Below, in pieces: positions 24,074-37,100 of a DNA stretch of 64,000 nt. The notes under the pieces were generated by a model. The model did no database searches. It was not told the DNA's origin and saw only the letters and a list, made by a program, of their open reading frames with translations. The stretch covers positions 1 through 64,000 of the forward strand of contig NW_020845948.1 in the NCBI RefSeq assembly GCF_003704095.1, in the 5' to 3' direction. Source of the DNA: Pocillopora damicornis. Taxonomy: Eukaryota. Within the stretch, counting starts at the first letter, position 1; each line of letters starts with the position of its first letter. The position numbers and the translations under genes were made by a program.

Positions 24074-24087
24074 TCCGCCATGTTTCT
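24074..24087 (-). promoter_or_regulatory. YY1-type motif near the WDR83 transcription start
   Basis: Minus strand reads GAAACATGGCGGA about 75 nt upstream of the ATG, typical of housekeeping promoters. Confidence 0.45.
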
Positions 24088-24699
24088 CTCCTTAGTAACC
24101 ATTCCAGTTAGTTTCGGTCCTAGATTCCTATCGGCCATACTCGGTTTCGGTCCCAGGTCCCATGACTTGCACTAGTGCAGCGCGTTCCACAAGCAGTTAT
24201 CGCCCTGCAAGTTACTTACCCGATCGCTCATCTTTTAATTCCCTATCGTAAGCCCGTTGATCATTCATTTGATGTACGGCAGCAAGGTGTAATTTTCTTA
24301 CTATATTCAGGTTTCTGGTGGTGAGTGTGAAGCAACACTTATCTGACGTTTTACAGTTTCACGCCGAAACACAGCAGGCATAAAGAGACATACATCCTCT
24401 CAGCGAGGGAGACTAAATGACTATTAAAGATAAAGACAATGTATTTGGAAGTCGGGTCGAGTAATCTTCTTATTATTTAGTTATTTTGTTTGTATATAGA
24501 ACTATATGTTCTTTGTTTTTTGAATAGAGTATTGTTATTAGAATTACTTTACATTTTGAGCTCCAAAAGGTATATCTCAATCGGGATGAAAACGATTTTG
24601 AAGTTTTGAAACCTCGTAGCTAAAATGGACGGGAACTTTGAAGCTGAATAAAAAGTATTGCGCCTTAGTTCGCACACTCAAGGCAACATGTAATCTATT

Positions 24700-24819
24700 T
24701 GAATAAAGGGGGAAAGTTTCTAGAGAAACTGTGGTGCAGCGTCGGTGGGAGAGTATAACAATGTAATTTAGTGTTATCAACTGAGTTTATAACGTAAATT
24801 GGCCTCCGTAAGGGGTTTA

Positions 24820-24852
<33 letters not shown>

Positions 24853-24952
24853 GAGCGAATGGCAAACGCTCGAAACGTCAGCTTTTAACTAAACTGTTTA
24901 CTATGGCCAATTTACGTTATAAACTCAGTGTATTTATACTAAATTACCCTGT
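24700..24952. mobile_element. Penelope-derived inverted-repeat element
   Basis: Arms at ~24765-24840 and ~24865-24948 are reverse complements (actgagtttataacgtaaattggcc / ggccaatttacgttataaactcagt). Tail on the minus strand: ctcccaccgacgctgcaccacagtttctctagaaact. Confidence 0.75.
24823..24856 (-). ncRNA. Minimal type I hammerhead ribozyme motif
   Basis: Minus strand reads gct-CTGACGA-agggc-taac-gctt-GAAAC-GTC-agc. It has the conserved core, stem II, stem I (gct/agc) and a GUC cleavage triplet. Confidence 0.7.
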
Positions 24953-27604
24953 CATAGAATCTATTAGTTGCATTCACCCTAGTGGGGGGCTCATTAGGAA
25001 TTAAGTAGGACTTGCACGTGTGCTGTGTTGTGACATCTATTTCCTCCAGATAAGGTAGTTGCTACTCTAACAGTTTTTAGATTAAGTAAACTCTGAAAGG
25101 TTTTTCAGCTGGTCAATGTGGTTTAGACAAACTGATAAGGGCGTCTGACAGAGAGATTTATTGCTCGCATTTCCATCGATGATGTTAAATTGCTCAATAT
25201 TAACTGTGCCATCAGAGTGGAAACTTTTCGGTTTACCACGTGATCCACGGAGGACTAGCTTGAGGATGCCGGATGGAAGGTGTCAGCAGGTGAATCAGTG
25301 CCACGGGTTGAGCGTGAAACCCCTCTCCGGTGACCATTACCACAAAAAAGGTCCCTTATTTCATTCTAACAAGGTGTGTTTTGTCTTAAAAATAAAACAA
25401 TGGAACAAAAATAGATTTAGTACCGTAACAAATACGCCCTTACTTTATCTGTCTTTCTAGAAACGTCTACTTAAGACAGGAATAGAAAATATAATGGGCA
25501 GGTGTCAAAAGACCTTTCATAATCCTGACAAATGTTATTTATTTTTAATAGGGGTTTTTATCGACGAGGGTGAGTGGATTAGCCTGCCAGAACAAATTGA
25601 TTTTTCACTTTGAAACATCTCTGATATATCATCGGATAACTGACGATCTTTGTCGAATGAAAAACAGATCTTCAGCTAGAGCTATGTATTCACCAACGGC
25701 CTGTTATTTCAATTTTGATGTCATTAAAAATTTTGTGATGCAATCACAGAAAAGTATTCAAATTAAGAATTCAGTCGTGAGTCAAGATGACCTCAAGTAT
25801 TGGCGATTTTTCACCTTAGCCCGACGAACATTATTCCAAGACATACCACTCAACCTTAACATCATATGAAACTTCGCAACATAGCCGGCGAGGAAGGTAA
25901 GTTCTCTATTTTTGTTATTTAAGTTCATTTTTTGTCGTAGAGTCTCATTCAGCTTTGAACTTGAGCTTGTAAACAAAGCAAACAATGACATCACTATAAA
26001 ATTTTCCAAAAAAAAAAACCAATACATAAAGCTATTTCAGTGAGATTCGCAGTAAGGGGCTTGATCACCTGGGCATTCAGGAACTCGTCTGCGTTCAAGG
26101 CCCTTAAGTAGGGTTACATGAGAAACAGACCATATTGTTATAGCAAAGTTGTTAATATTTCGGTTTTCAAAATGATAGCAAGAGTTAGCTCTGTTATTGA
26201 ACACTCTGTAGAATCATTAACAAGGAATCAAATAAAAGTTTTCATTTCATTCGTTCGCGGGAGGACCTCTGATGTATCTCACCTCTTAATGGTTTTTTTT
26301 CTTTTTCAATTTTTATGGTTTGATTTCTCTTTCGTATTCGCATTTCTTACACTTGATTCGCCCCAACTTTTTCTGTCAGTTTATCACGAAGGAGGATGTG
26401 GAGTCGAAGGGTGGAAAAAATTATAATAATAGATCGTTGTTTGCATTTATTTATTAATTCGATTCGAATGTCACCATTTTGAAACAAATGCAACAGTAAA
26501 ATATCTCATTCCATTTTATCTTGCTGTAGCTCATTAAATGGTTACGTAGACCTTATCAGTGTAATTAGACGTAAAGAGTTAACGACATAAAAGAAAAAAA
26601 TCTTACCTGTTTCCTGGGGCAAAAGACTACACAGGTTTAGCCTAAACTATGCTCGAGAACTTTTGTCACCTAAAGGAAACTTCCCATTCCACGTACGCGC
26701 GGTGGAGTTCCTTTACACTGTTTTGGTTTCAGTTAGTGTTTTAGAGTTAAGTAAAAGATTTGGAGACAGGTAGCTCGAAGGATCACCACAAAACGTATAA
26801 TAACTTTTAATCTTCTTTATTGTCCTTGATACTTGATTAAGACTTTGATTCCATTCATAATTTTTACAACTTGATTGTTCGATCTAGGGATATTCGAAAG
26901 ACCGTTACTTCGAACTGAATAGAAACGTGATCTTTTGTGATACAGAACCTAGAAACGACACCATAAATTAGCGTAATCAAAGAAATCAAATCTTACTTCT
27001 GCGGGGGATCGTAACTCGCAGACTCATTAGTTCTCAGCTTAAGTTAGTCTAAGTTCTTAGTTCAGGAAGTTAGCGCACTATCTTCTTCTGAGAGTTTCCG
27101 ATGATAGTAAAAACTGATTGACAAGAGGATACCAAAGTTCCGAGGGCTTTACCACACGTATATTAATATATGTCTTTGCTTACAATTCCAAGAGCATGAA
27201 AAACGTTCGATCCTTCGCCAGTCAAGAAAAAGGTTATATGAGACCTTCTTTAACGTATGTGTTTTCCCTTACCTTAAGGAAAGGTCAAGTACTTTGGAGG
27301 TGAATCGACTGACCGATCAAAAAAGCTTCGACACAGTTGTTTAACTCTCAAATTTAAGCTCAATTTTTTTTCAGTCATTTGCAACCTGTTACCATCTTCT
27401 CAAACAAATTTTTATCTATCATTAATTCATTTAGATTTGGTATTTGTGGCTTCTTTCACGTCCGAGATAATGTTTTCTCGTCGTAAGATGCGAATCAGAA
27501 TGTCAAGAAGTGGTGCTTGCTCATACTAAGATTATACTATCACACATTAGCTAACAATTATATTTTGTGATCCTCTCTTTAAAGGTTGTTTCTGAGAAAG
27601 TAAC

Positions 27605-28948
27605 ATGAGGTCTACTCTTTTTCTGGCGACTATTTTACTAGGTAAACACTGAGTTCACTGCTTTGTTTTGATGAACGCTATATATTTATCAGGTCTGAAT
27701 GCTCGCAGCCATTTGGAGGAAATCCTAAATAGAGACCAGCGGTGTTGAAGACACATCTGTTGTTTCGTTTGAATTGTTTTGGACTAACTTTTTCTTTTTT
27801 GTGAATTCAGTGACTGTATCGGATATCACTGCTAAAAGCATTAAACATCCAAAACATCACAAGTCAGAGAGGAAGCAGCACCATGACCAAAGCCATCAAC
27901 GACAAGCTGTGGTTCCACCTGCGCAACCGACTGCGGCTGGAGCACCAACCACTGTAGCACCAACCACTGTGCCTACTGCTGGAGCATCAACTCCCGTAGC
28001 TCCAGGACCAGCCCCTGCTGCAGGAGTAAAGACCACCGTAGCACCTCCTGGTAGTACACCAGCAGCCGCTGGTGCAGTAGGAACAACTAAGGTACCAGCA
28101 ACTACAAGTGCGACACCCGCGGCTGCCGGAGCAGCAGCAGCTCCCACTGCAAAACCAGCAACTACTAGTGTCGCACCCGCAGCTGGTGCAGCGGTAGCAA
28201 CAACTGTGGCACCAGGGGAATCCACAGCGAAGCCCGCAGCTGCCACCGGTGCACCTGCCGCTGCGGCAACCACTGTGCCACCTGCTGCATCAACCGCAAA
28301 ACCTGTAACTGCCACCGTTCCTGGCCCTGTAACAGCCACCGTGGCACCAGGTGCATCAACTGCGAAGCCTGAAACTACACCTGTGGCTGCACCAGGAAAA
28401 GCTCCAATTGTGGCAACACCTACCCCAGCGGCTCCCGCGGCAGGTAGTGCACCTACAACTGGACCAGCATCATTGCCACCCGCTGCCGCTGGAGCCAAGC
28501 CTGCGCCTGGAGCGCCAGTTACAGCTAAGCCTGCCACCGCCGTTCCAACCGGTAAGTTTATATTGCTATTTTTGTTGTTGTTATCGTTGTCTCTTCGATG
28601 GTAGATTAACCGATGATACTTTTATCAATGACAACTACAGGTCCACTACAATTCGCGCCAAGCGCCTTACCCGCCAAAGATAAAGAAACGAAGACAGAAG
28701 GAGAGTCGTCCTCAAAGGCACATTTCAGGAAGGAAGATAAAATCGACGAAAGGAATGACAAATCTCAGGAAGAAGGTAAAGAGTCCGACAGTGATAGCAA
28801 ACATAAAACGGAGAAGGAGGCAGAGGACAAATCCGAAAAGGCAATTGGGGATAAGTCTAAAAATAAAGTTAAAGACGAGTCTGTGAAGAAACTGAAGGAC
28901 AAGTCTGAGGATAAAAAGCATCATCGTTTTCACCGTCATCAGGATTAA
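27605..28948 (+). CDS. Secreted Pro/Ala/Thr-rich mucin-like protein with His-rich termini and a charged K/E/D tail, ~361 aa
   Basis: Exons 27605-27641 (MRSTLFLATILL, signal peptide), 27811-28551 and 28641-28948, phase-consistent. AATAAA motifs downstream. Confidence 0.85.
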
Positions 28949-29544
28949 CAGATGAATTCTATTTGGCACTGCTGGACTGGACTTTAGAAAGAAAAAACAA
29001 AGACATTGAGTAAACGCATATAACTAGCGCTTTTCGGCGTTTAGCGCAAATTTTACCTATTTTGTTGGCATATTGAAAATGTTGACAGCTCAGGGGCGTA
29101 ATAAAATCTAGAAAAGAGCGAATAAGAAATATTTAAGAGGCGAATACGTATATATTATTATCTAAACACACAGACTTACAGAAAGTAAGCTATAGGTCTA
29201 CCGCAAAACTGCTGTTTGCAGCACAGTTATTACAAATTAATTTATTTTGCATAACTTGTCGTATGTTAATAAAAAGTATTTTCATGATGAAAAAAACAAG
29301 ACTGGTATAGCAAATAACTTAATACCCGTGAAAATAACTGCCTACGATTTCAAAATCCGGGAGTCACGCAGAGGCACGAGTGCTCTGATAGGACTTGGAT
29401 TTTTCATTGTCCCAAACATTTGACGAATGAATACTGATTTGGTCCAAGAATGCTCCATTTCGTAAAATTGTCACTCACTCGATTCTATCAGCATAAAGGG
29501 ACGCTTGTGTGGAAGTCTCGCAGCCTCGCTCATCAGTGAGCTTT

Positions 29545-29625
29545 CTGAAGCCCAGTGGTAGAGCATCGAGACGGGACCAAATCCCGAAGATTTGAGGCTC
29601 AAAACGTTGGAGGAAACCATATTTA
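29545..29625 (+). mobile_element. Degenerate tRNA-derived SINE
   Basis: agcccagtggtagagcatcg...aatcccgaagatttgagg resembles the SINE at 56261. Confidence 0.45.
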
Positions 29626-29724
29626 TCATTATCCTGTACTGGTCACAAATGAATATCGTCTTAATTTAACTTATATGACCTCTTTTCAATAACATATAAC
29701 ATAAAAACATATAAACATAAAACG

Positions 29725-30620
29725 TAACAACTTTATTTAAGTGTCGATGTCTTTAACCTAAAAAGCTAATTGGAGACACTAAAACAATAGGAGAAAGATT
29801 ATAAAATGAGTTAATAGATGATATCATTAGGTAAATTCATAATTCAAGAAATCTAAAATTTATAAAAAGTTAAAAGTTTAAAATTACGGAGTTATCCCCA
29901 CAAAAATGTACAGAAAAATGCTAAAAAAATTTCTAAACATTCTCAAGAGCTACAAATAAGACAGGAGCCACAATTGTCACTTTTAAGATCTACAAGGTTA
30001 ATATGCCGTATGTTGGACTCAAAGGATTGTAAGGTAGGTTTGTCCTTGATTTTGCTGTCCAGTCTAGACCATATATATATGGTCCAAAGTACCATAAAGA
30101 ATTTTTCCCGTAATGTACACTATTAAATCTGGGTAAATGAAAATCCATATTTCTTACTTGATATTTGGATGACTTAATACTAAAAATGTCAACGACATTT
30201 CTAGGTACCAAACCATATTTAGCTTTATACATTAAGGTAGCAAGATCTTGTAAATGCCTATTTTGTAGACTAGGTAGATTGGCACGGTTAGGAAGATTAG
30301 TGTACTCTACTGAATGTGTGTTATACACAATCCTAAGGGCCGTTTCTGTACTCTTTCAACAGTTTCTGGCGTCGGGGGCTTTACAGAAATGCCATATAAG
30401 GTAACAATATGTTAAATATGAGGATTTATATAAAAGCAATTTTCGCTTCCGTTGGGATCAGATTTCTTAATCTAGAGAGGACGCTCACTCTCTGACTAGC
30501 TTTTTTACACAGTTCACGAAGGTATTTGCTAAATACAAGGTGTTCGTCGGTGTTGACTCAGAGAAGGCTAATGTCCCCAGTACTTTCAATGACATGCGCA
30601 TTGATTGTTAATGAAGCTTG
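29725..30620 (-). mobile_element. L2/CR1-group LINE 3' fragment (frameshifted)
   Basis: LPSLQNRHLQDLATLMYKAKYGLVP...FHLPRFNSVHYGKNSLWYFGP is typical of the post-RT C-terminus of CR1/L2 ORF2. Confidence 0.8.
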
Positions 30621-32330
30621 AAGATTGCAAGTCCTACAACGGACCTGTAATCACTCAAAGGGTGTTTACGATCACGCTGGGCTATAAAAGAGCAGAAGTG
30701 ACCCTTACAACGAGACTGCTGTATTTTTATTGTATTGAAAAAGTGCGGAGACGTAAATAATCTTTCTTTAACGATAAGAATTCGATACTGTAGTAAATCT
30801 ATAAAGCCTCTTGACAGCTGTATGGTGATGGAAACAGTTTATCGATGTCTTTTGCATGTTTGGAATCTCAGCCATAAGCGACAAACCCTAACCTCTGTTC
30901 AACTGGTTACGCAACGGATATCACAATAATAATGCCTGGAAACTAGTAAATAGGGTCAAGATACTACATGTAACCTGCTCTTAGAGCTTGTCAAAATTTC
31001 ATCTAATAAAAAACTTACATTTTGGAATAAAAACATCCGTTATCCATTCTCGATTAGAAGCGTTAACATCCCGTACATTTACTCTCATACCTGCCACTGA
31101 ATACTTCACTAAAAATACTTAAGACAAAACATGAAGTTCGAACAGTCAAGCGGTACGATGCAAGACCGAAATACTTCCTTGTACGCTGTACCAAACAGAC
31201 AGGATCTATTTTTCCCCGAAAACGGGAACAGACACAGTGTGTCTGTTCAGTTATGGATCACATATTTAATTCTCTGACAAGCAATCTGAATGCAGGATAA
31301 AACCCGTCATTTCTTCAATGTGCGCGCATGAGTCAAGTTATAGCAACTTCAGCAAGGATACGCATTGCAAAACCAAGGAATGAACAGCATATTGCTGTCA
31401 CCTTTCCGCAGGCATTTATACTTGCAGCTCAGCTTACGGTGCAAACGAATATCAAATCTCAGGTTACGAGAAAATGCCCTCGTATTTCCCTCGTGAGCTT
31501 CAGACAGCCAAGGATAATAATTCGCCTCTTATAAGGGCTTGCGCAGAGAAAATGCACAGTGGATATCCAAGAAATGACCTTCAGGGGCCTGTAGCACATT
31601 TGGAGTTTCCTTTTCAGGAGTTCCTTTAAAACAGCTCGGGTGGCCCTTGCGGTTGTACACTCACTGCAAACCCCAGCCACTTTGGAATTGTTAGTGTTAC
31701 TCATTACACATTCTTCGGTAGCGTGCACTTGCGATCTTACGTTTTTACTTACTTTTACGCCTATTACTGTGCTAGGGGCAGGATCTAAAGACTTCTACCA
31801 CTCCAAACTTGACTCTGAAGGGTAACTCCGGCTCGTTGCAGGGTTTTACGTTGAAAACATTGTCCCAAGAGGAAATTCCTATTGACATGACATCGCAGCA
31901 GTTTCAAACCACGAGGTTTTCTTGTGTTCGGATTGTCTTTTGACAGAACTGGTCACTTCGGGTCACCAGTCAAACTGCCCCCAAGGACAAGAATTCTGAT
32001 CAGGACTTGTTCTTTTGACTGTCGACTGAGAGGGGAACAAGTTTATTTTGACGGAAAAGACTTAGTTGCGCGCAAACAAAGAACTTATTAACACCAGCCT
32101 CATCGAATGACAAAATTCAGCTACGGGAGCTAAGGTAAAGGCCTTGAGAGTCAAATTGCTTTGTCCTTTTTATCATAATTAGTCCATTAAGTGAACAACA
32201 TGTACCTTTTAAAAGACTAGCTACCGTTTAGTTTCTTTGTTTGAATGTTTCAGATGTTTTTATTTCTTTTGTTTTCATTTAATTGTTTTGTTTTCTTTTC
32301 ATAGCTGTGCTAAAGTTGGCCCAAACAAAC

Positions 32331-34164
32331 ATGGTTTACTTGTGTTTCTTTTGTATCATTTTGTCTTCGTTTCTTGTCTTAATAGGTGAGCCGTACATTT
32401 AAAGAATGTATTAACTGTGTTTAAATATTGATTTCTGTTCAGTTAAAATATAAATTGACAAATTGCTACGTTATGACGAGACACACTCGAATTATTGGTA
32501 GTGACTGCCAGGAAACGACTCCTAATCTTCTGATATGATGGTCTGAAAATTACAATACAGAACAAATTGTAAAATTGATTCAAAATTAGGGGTGAACGTA
32601 GCAACTGCTTTCGAAAATTCAACGGTGAAAAGAAGCAGAGATGGAAAATAATGATTGAGGTTTTAACCAGCGACTCGAACCCTTATGTCAAAATTGAGAG
32701 TATTTCAGTTCTTCTTTTGATGAGGATTATATCCGCAGCGATGAATTCAGATGCCGCGGAGATGCTATAAAACTATAACAGGTAGCTTTGTTTTCAACGA
32801 TTGGTACATGTATCAAGTATAACCACAGTAATTAAACTATCGGCTTTTGTTAGTGGGCAGTAAATAAATAGGCAGCAACAAATCTTATAGCAGTAAACAA
32901 GAGATATTTTTCACTTCTACTCCTTTGATATACATGTTAGGGTTAAGATACTGTATATGAATTAAACTTTCATGGGGCGACCCTCTGTTATTGGGTGAAC
33001 AGTGATAAAGCTTGAGAAAGGGAGTTTATTCTTAAATCGTCAAACGGAGGCGGCGGAGAAGTTTGAGGCGTGAGGAGACTCCGTTGCGTATCAAGCGAAG
33101 CACATACAACTATTCAGTTATCTAAATAATCGTGAGGTGAGCAAGCAAAGTCGTGTGGATTCCAAACCAAGTAGGCTGGAGAGCAAGATATGACAATGAT
33201 ATATATGATAGATATATCCCCCATCTACCGACTTAAAAAACAAGAGATGTAACGGTGGATCATTATGTTACAAACAAACGTGGTGGTTTTAAATAGGTCT
33301 TAAATGAATATTTTCAGTATTAAAGTTGTACTTATTTATTATTTCTTTTCAGACTGCCATGCACTACCAAGAGGTAAGTCAAAAATTGACCGCAAAGAAA
33401 ACGAAAAATATGAAGCAATGTTCTCAGTTTGTAAACCTAATTGTCAATCATTGCTATAAAAGTACATGTTCCACATTATGGCTTTCAATTCTTTAGAAAG
33501 AAGTGACATCACATGCACGCTGGAACCCCCCACCCCCTCAGTCAGACCCTTGAACCGATTAAGGCCGAGTAGTTGTCGCCTCTAAAGTGATATTCTTTTT
33601 CCTATCGTAGATTGTCACGACAGATTTCAAAACTGTGAAACGTGGAAGAGGTCTGGTTTTTGCAGCTTCAGGTCACATGCATTCTACTTGAGGAATGGTT
33701 GTGCAAAGACCTGTGGCTTCTGTAAAAGTAAGCTGTGTCCACTAACTGAAATAAAAAGTATTGTGCGCGTGTCTTCACAAAGGCTTTTATATGCTCTGAA
33801 GATTAATTTATTGTTTCTTTAATAATTGTGGGTTATGGCCCCTCGAATAGCGTTACTTAAGTCGGCTGGTCACACTCACAGGGTAGTTTAGTGTTAAAAG
33901 AGGTAAAAGTTAGATGTTTCGAGCGTCAGCCCTTCGTCAGAGTGATTGGAGGAATTGTGGGTTGTGTGTGGGTTGAAATGCAGAAAATGGAGCTACGCTA
34001 TCGGTGAATACGATGACGAGAAAACAAGAATACGATTTCCTAGCGTAGCTCCTTGGTAAGTTTCTTCAGGCTTGGCATGGTCAACGTTGTGAGATCTGTG
34101 GATTGAAAAATTCTAAGGCAAGAAGTCAAAGGGATTACCTGTTATACTCTCCCACTGACGCAGA

Positions 34165-34195
<31 letters not shown>

Positions 34196-37100
34196 ACGGC
34201 ATTGGTCACTCGGCACACACACGCTTGATTTGACCTTGCTTATCATGTAATCATGAAAGAGGCAAGAAGTCCTGCTGGAAGCGAACACATTTTATTTGTC
34301 TCATATTATTCTATTCTTAAGGATACCTAATTCGTTTTTGTTTCCTAGGTAACACTCTACTGAATCCAAATTTGCATGCTGTTCAAGATGCTCTTCGTGT
34401 CGTACACAAAGGCTCACAAAAACAGCATAACGGAGCTGTTGTAACAGTCCCTAAAGTGAATCCAGGAAATTTGGTGGGAGTCCTTCATCATCATAAACTT
34501 CCTACCACGCCACAGCTCCCCCAACATCACAACACTCTTAATGAGCCACAACAAGAAAAGCCCGGTAAGTGAGAGGAAGGAATCTTTTGGGGAAAGTCTT
34601 GTGGGTTGGTTGGGATAAGATGACGCTGATTTGTCGGAGTTGTGAAATATCTTACCAAATTTTCACAGCCTATTATAAATCCTAATGGTTAGAATTTTAA
34701 ATCGACCCGCTCGTGACATCGGTTGCACTTTTTACTTCTAGTGTAGTTAGCGTACTGCTTGAGTTTGTTTTGAACTGAAGTCTTCGCAGCTTTTCATCGC
34801 TAAAGAACTGACTTAATGGAAACCATCGACGCTAACTTTGCTTGGCTGTTACAGACGTTGGATTACTTAAGCTATCTCAGTTAAACAATCATATTTTTAA
34901 GGGACGTTCCAGCTTTTATTCAGAAATCAAAGAATTTTTTCGCGCCAAGTTCCTTCTGTTGATGCGTATTTTGTTAGCAAGAAAGAGGAAATCAATCAGC
35001 GATGCTGTAGTTGAGAGAATTTTGGTGCCAGAAAATTAGTTTAAAAACTGTCTGATGAGAAAAGGGAGGCGAGTCTGGATCCCGGGCCCTCCCTGAAGAT
35101 TCTCTCCTGGATCAGTGAGAGAACGCTGACAAAATAACTACTGTCACTCCGCTTTCCCATTGGTAATGATTCATTAGTTTTTATTTTCATTGCCTGCTCT
35201 TCAAAGAATGCAGGGACAGATTTGTGCCTCAGACGTGTCAGAAATGGAAGGATGCTGATATTTGCATGGACGATCGTTACAGGCAATACTTGACTTACGG
35301 CTGTTCTATGACATGTCGCTTCTGCAGTAAGTGCCTCATATCAAAACATTAAGTAGTAGAAACAGCAGTATTTTGTTAGTTTGTCAAGGCCAAGAGTGAA
35401 AAATTATGCAGGATTCCCATGCACAAATTTAAAAGGATACTCATATTTATATCTTCTGCGTTGAATCATCTGAATCGGACAAAGAAACTGAATCCACATA
35501 AAGCTTTTATTCCAAAGGTAATTAATCACTCAAAATTTGTTTAAGTCATACTCAAGCCATCAGGTCTCCTTAGAAGAACGCATCCAACCAGAGGTAAAAT
35601 TTTGAGACATAAGATCGATTTATCTTATTGAGATCCTTGGAAGATCTGTGAAAACTGGAGTAGTTTCAGTAAAAATACAAAAATGGACGCAGTTCGACGT
35701 TTCATTACTGTTTCAATCATAATTAGTCTTCTTCAAAGGTATTACATGATAGAGTAGGGTATACATGATAAACGACGATTAGTAACAAGTCCTTCATTCC
35801 GTCATTAAACCATACCGTGGATGATTTTGATTGTGATCGAGACCAAGAGACGACTTATGATGCACCAAAGAGACATTTATGTTGATATAACTACTGCAAG
35901 GATCAAATATATATTCTGTAAGGTGAACGAGTTATTTTCAACCGAAGATATTCGGGATTTTGAACAGAGAGTCTACAAGTGCCCAGGAAGAAGTGACACT
36001 TTTCGTTACTTTATAGAGATTCTGTCTTTATTGGTGGAAAGGTTAAAGTGAGGCTGACGTTTATAAAGATCATTAAATGCCTCATTTTCAGTCATCGCAC
36101 TAACTTATTAGTACTGAATTAGCAAATGCATCAGTGCCATTTAGTTACAATGTTCTGAACCGTGGCATGAAATACCTTTTCTGTCAGATTGCCGTGATAC
36201 TTACAGGGAAAACCCATATTGCAACGAATGGAAAACCAGAGGATTCTGCGAAACCTACAAAGAACAGTTGGAAACATATTGTCCCAAGACATGTGGCTTT
36301 TGTATCAGTAAGTAAAAATTTGCATCAGGTTGAATGCGGGAGTTGTCACAAATATTTCTTTTTTGCCTTGTAAAAATTATAAATACGTCGGAATTTTTCA
36401 AAGGAAAAATCAGTCAAAATTTTGAAGACGAGCAAAACTTTGGTAAACAATTATCAGTCCTGGTTCCTGATATGTTAGTTAGAAGTGATAAAGACCTTTG
36501 TTTTTATTCAACTTGTCAAATAGGTGAAACCTCTGACAGCTTTCATATTTATATTCTTTAACGAATTAAATAGACAACAAACTGTTTCATTTCTCATGAA
36601 GACGCAGAATACGTGGAGACTTCAACAACGCCTTCCCAGAATGCAACTACACCTTCCCAGAATTCCACAACCAATCCAAATAGTACAGCAGCTAGTGAGG
36701 CTAGTGACGCAGTACAGCCGACAAAAAAATTCTCCGGTACTCAGCCAACTCAATTTGCTGAGACAGGAAACATAAATTCCAAGAGAGATTTGCCTATGGT
36801 CCCGGAGAGGAACTCACCATTGTGGTCAGTGAACGCAGACACACGGATATCCCTACCGCAGCCTCAACAGTATGACGACATGGAAGGAGGTGAGTGCATT
36901 AACGGAGAGCCAATATCAAATACCGAATCCACGTTATGAGGGCTGGAATAGGGTAGAATGAGACCCAGCCTCTCTCTCTTTTCCTTTATGACAAAAGCTT
37001 CAGTTTAAGAAAATTCTGTCTTTTACCATTCTTCAAGAGACAAGTCATTGCTTAGCGCCCGGTGGGAGAAGAATTTTGGGGGGATCATATGGCTTTCAGG

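Noticed and set aside
24100-25460. Possible head-to-head WDR83OS/Asterix gene (DPRR in ORF 25161)
   Set aside because: No other Asterix motifs or transmembrane segments; the splice-like signals at 24285-24325 give no credible CDS.
27896-28537. 213-aa antisense Ala/Gly/Val ORF
   Set aside because: Shadow of the GC-rich Pro/Ala/Thr exon; no start context or splice support.
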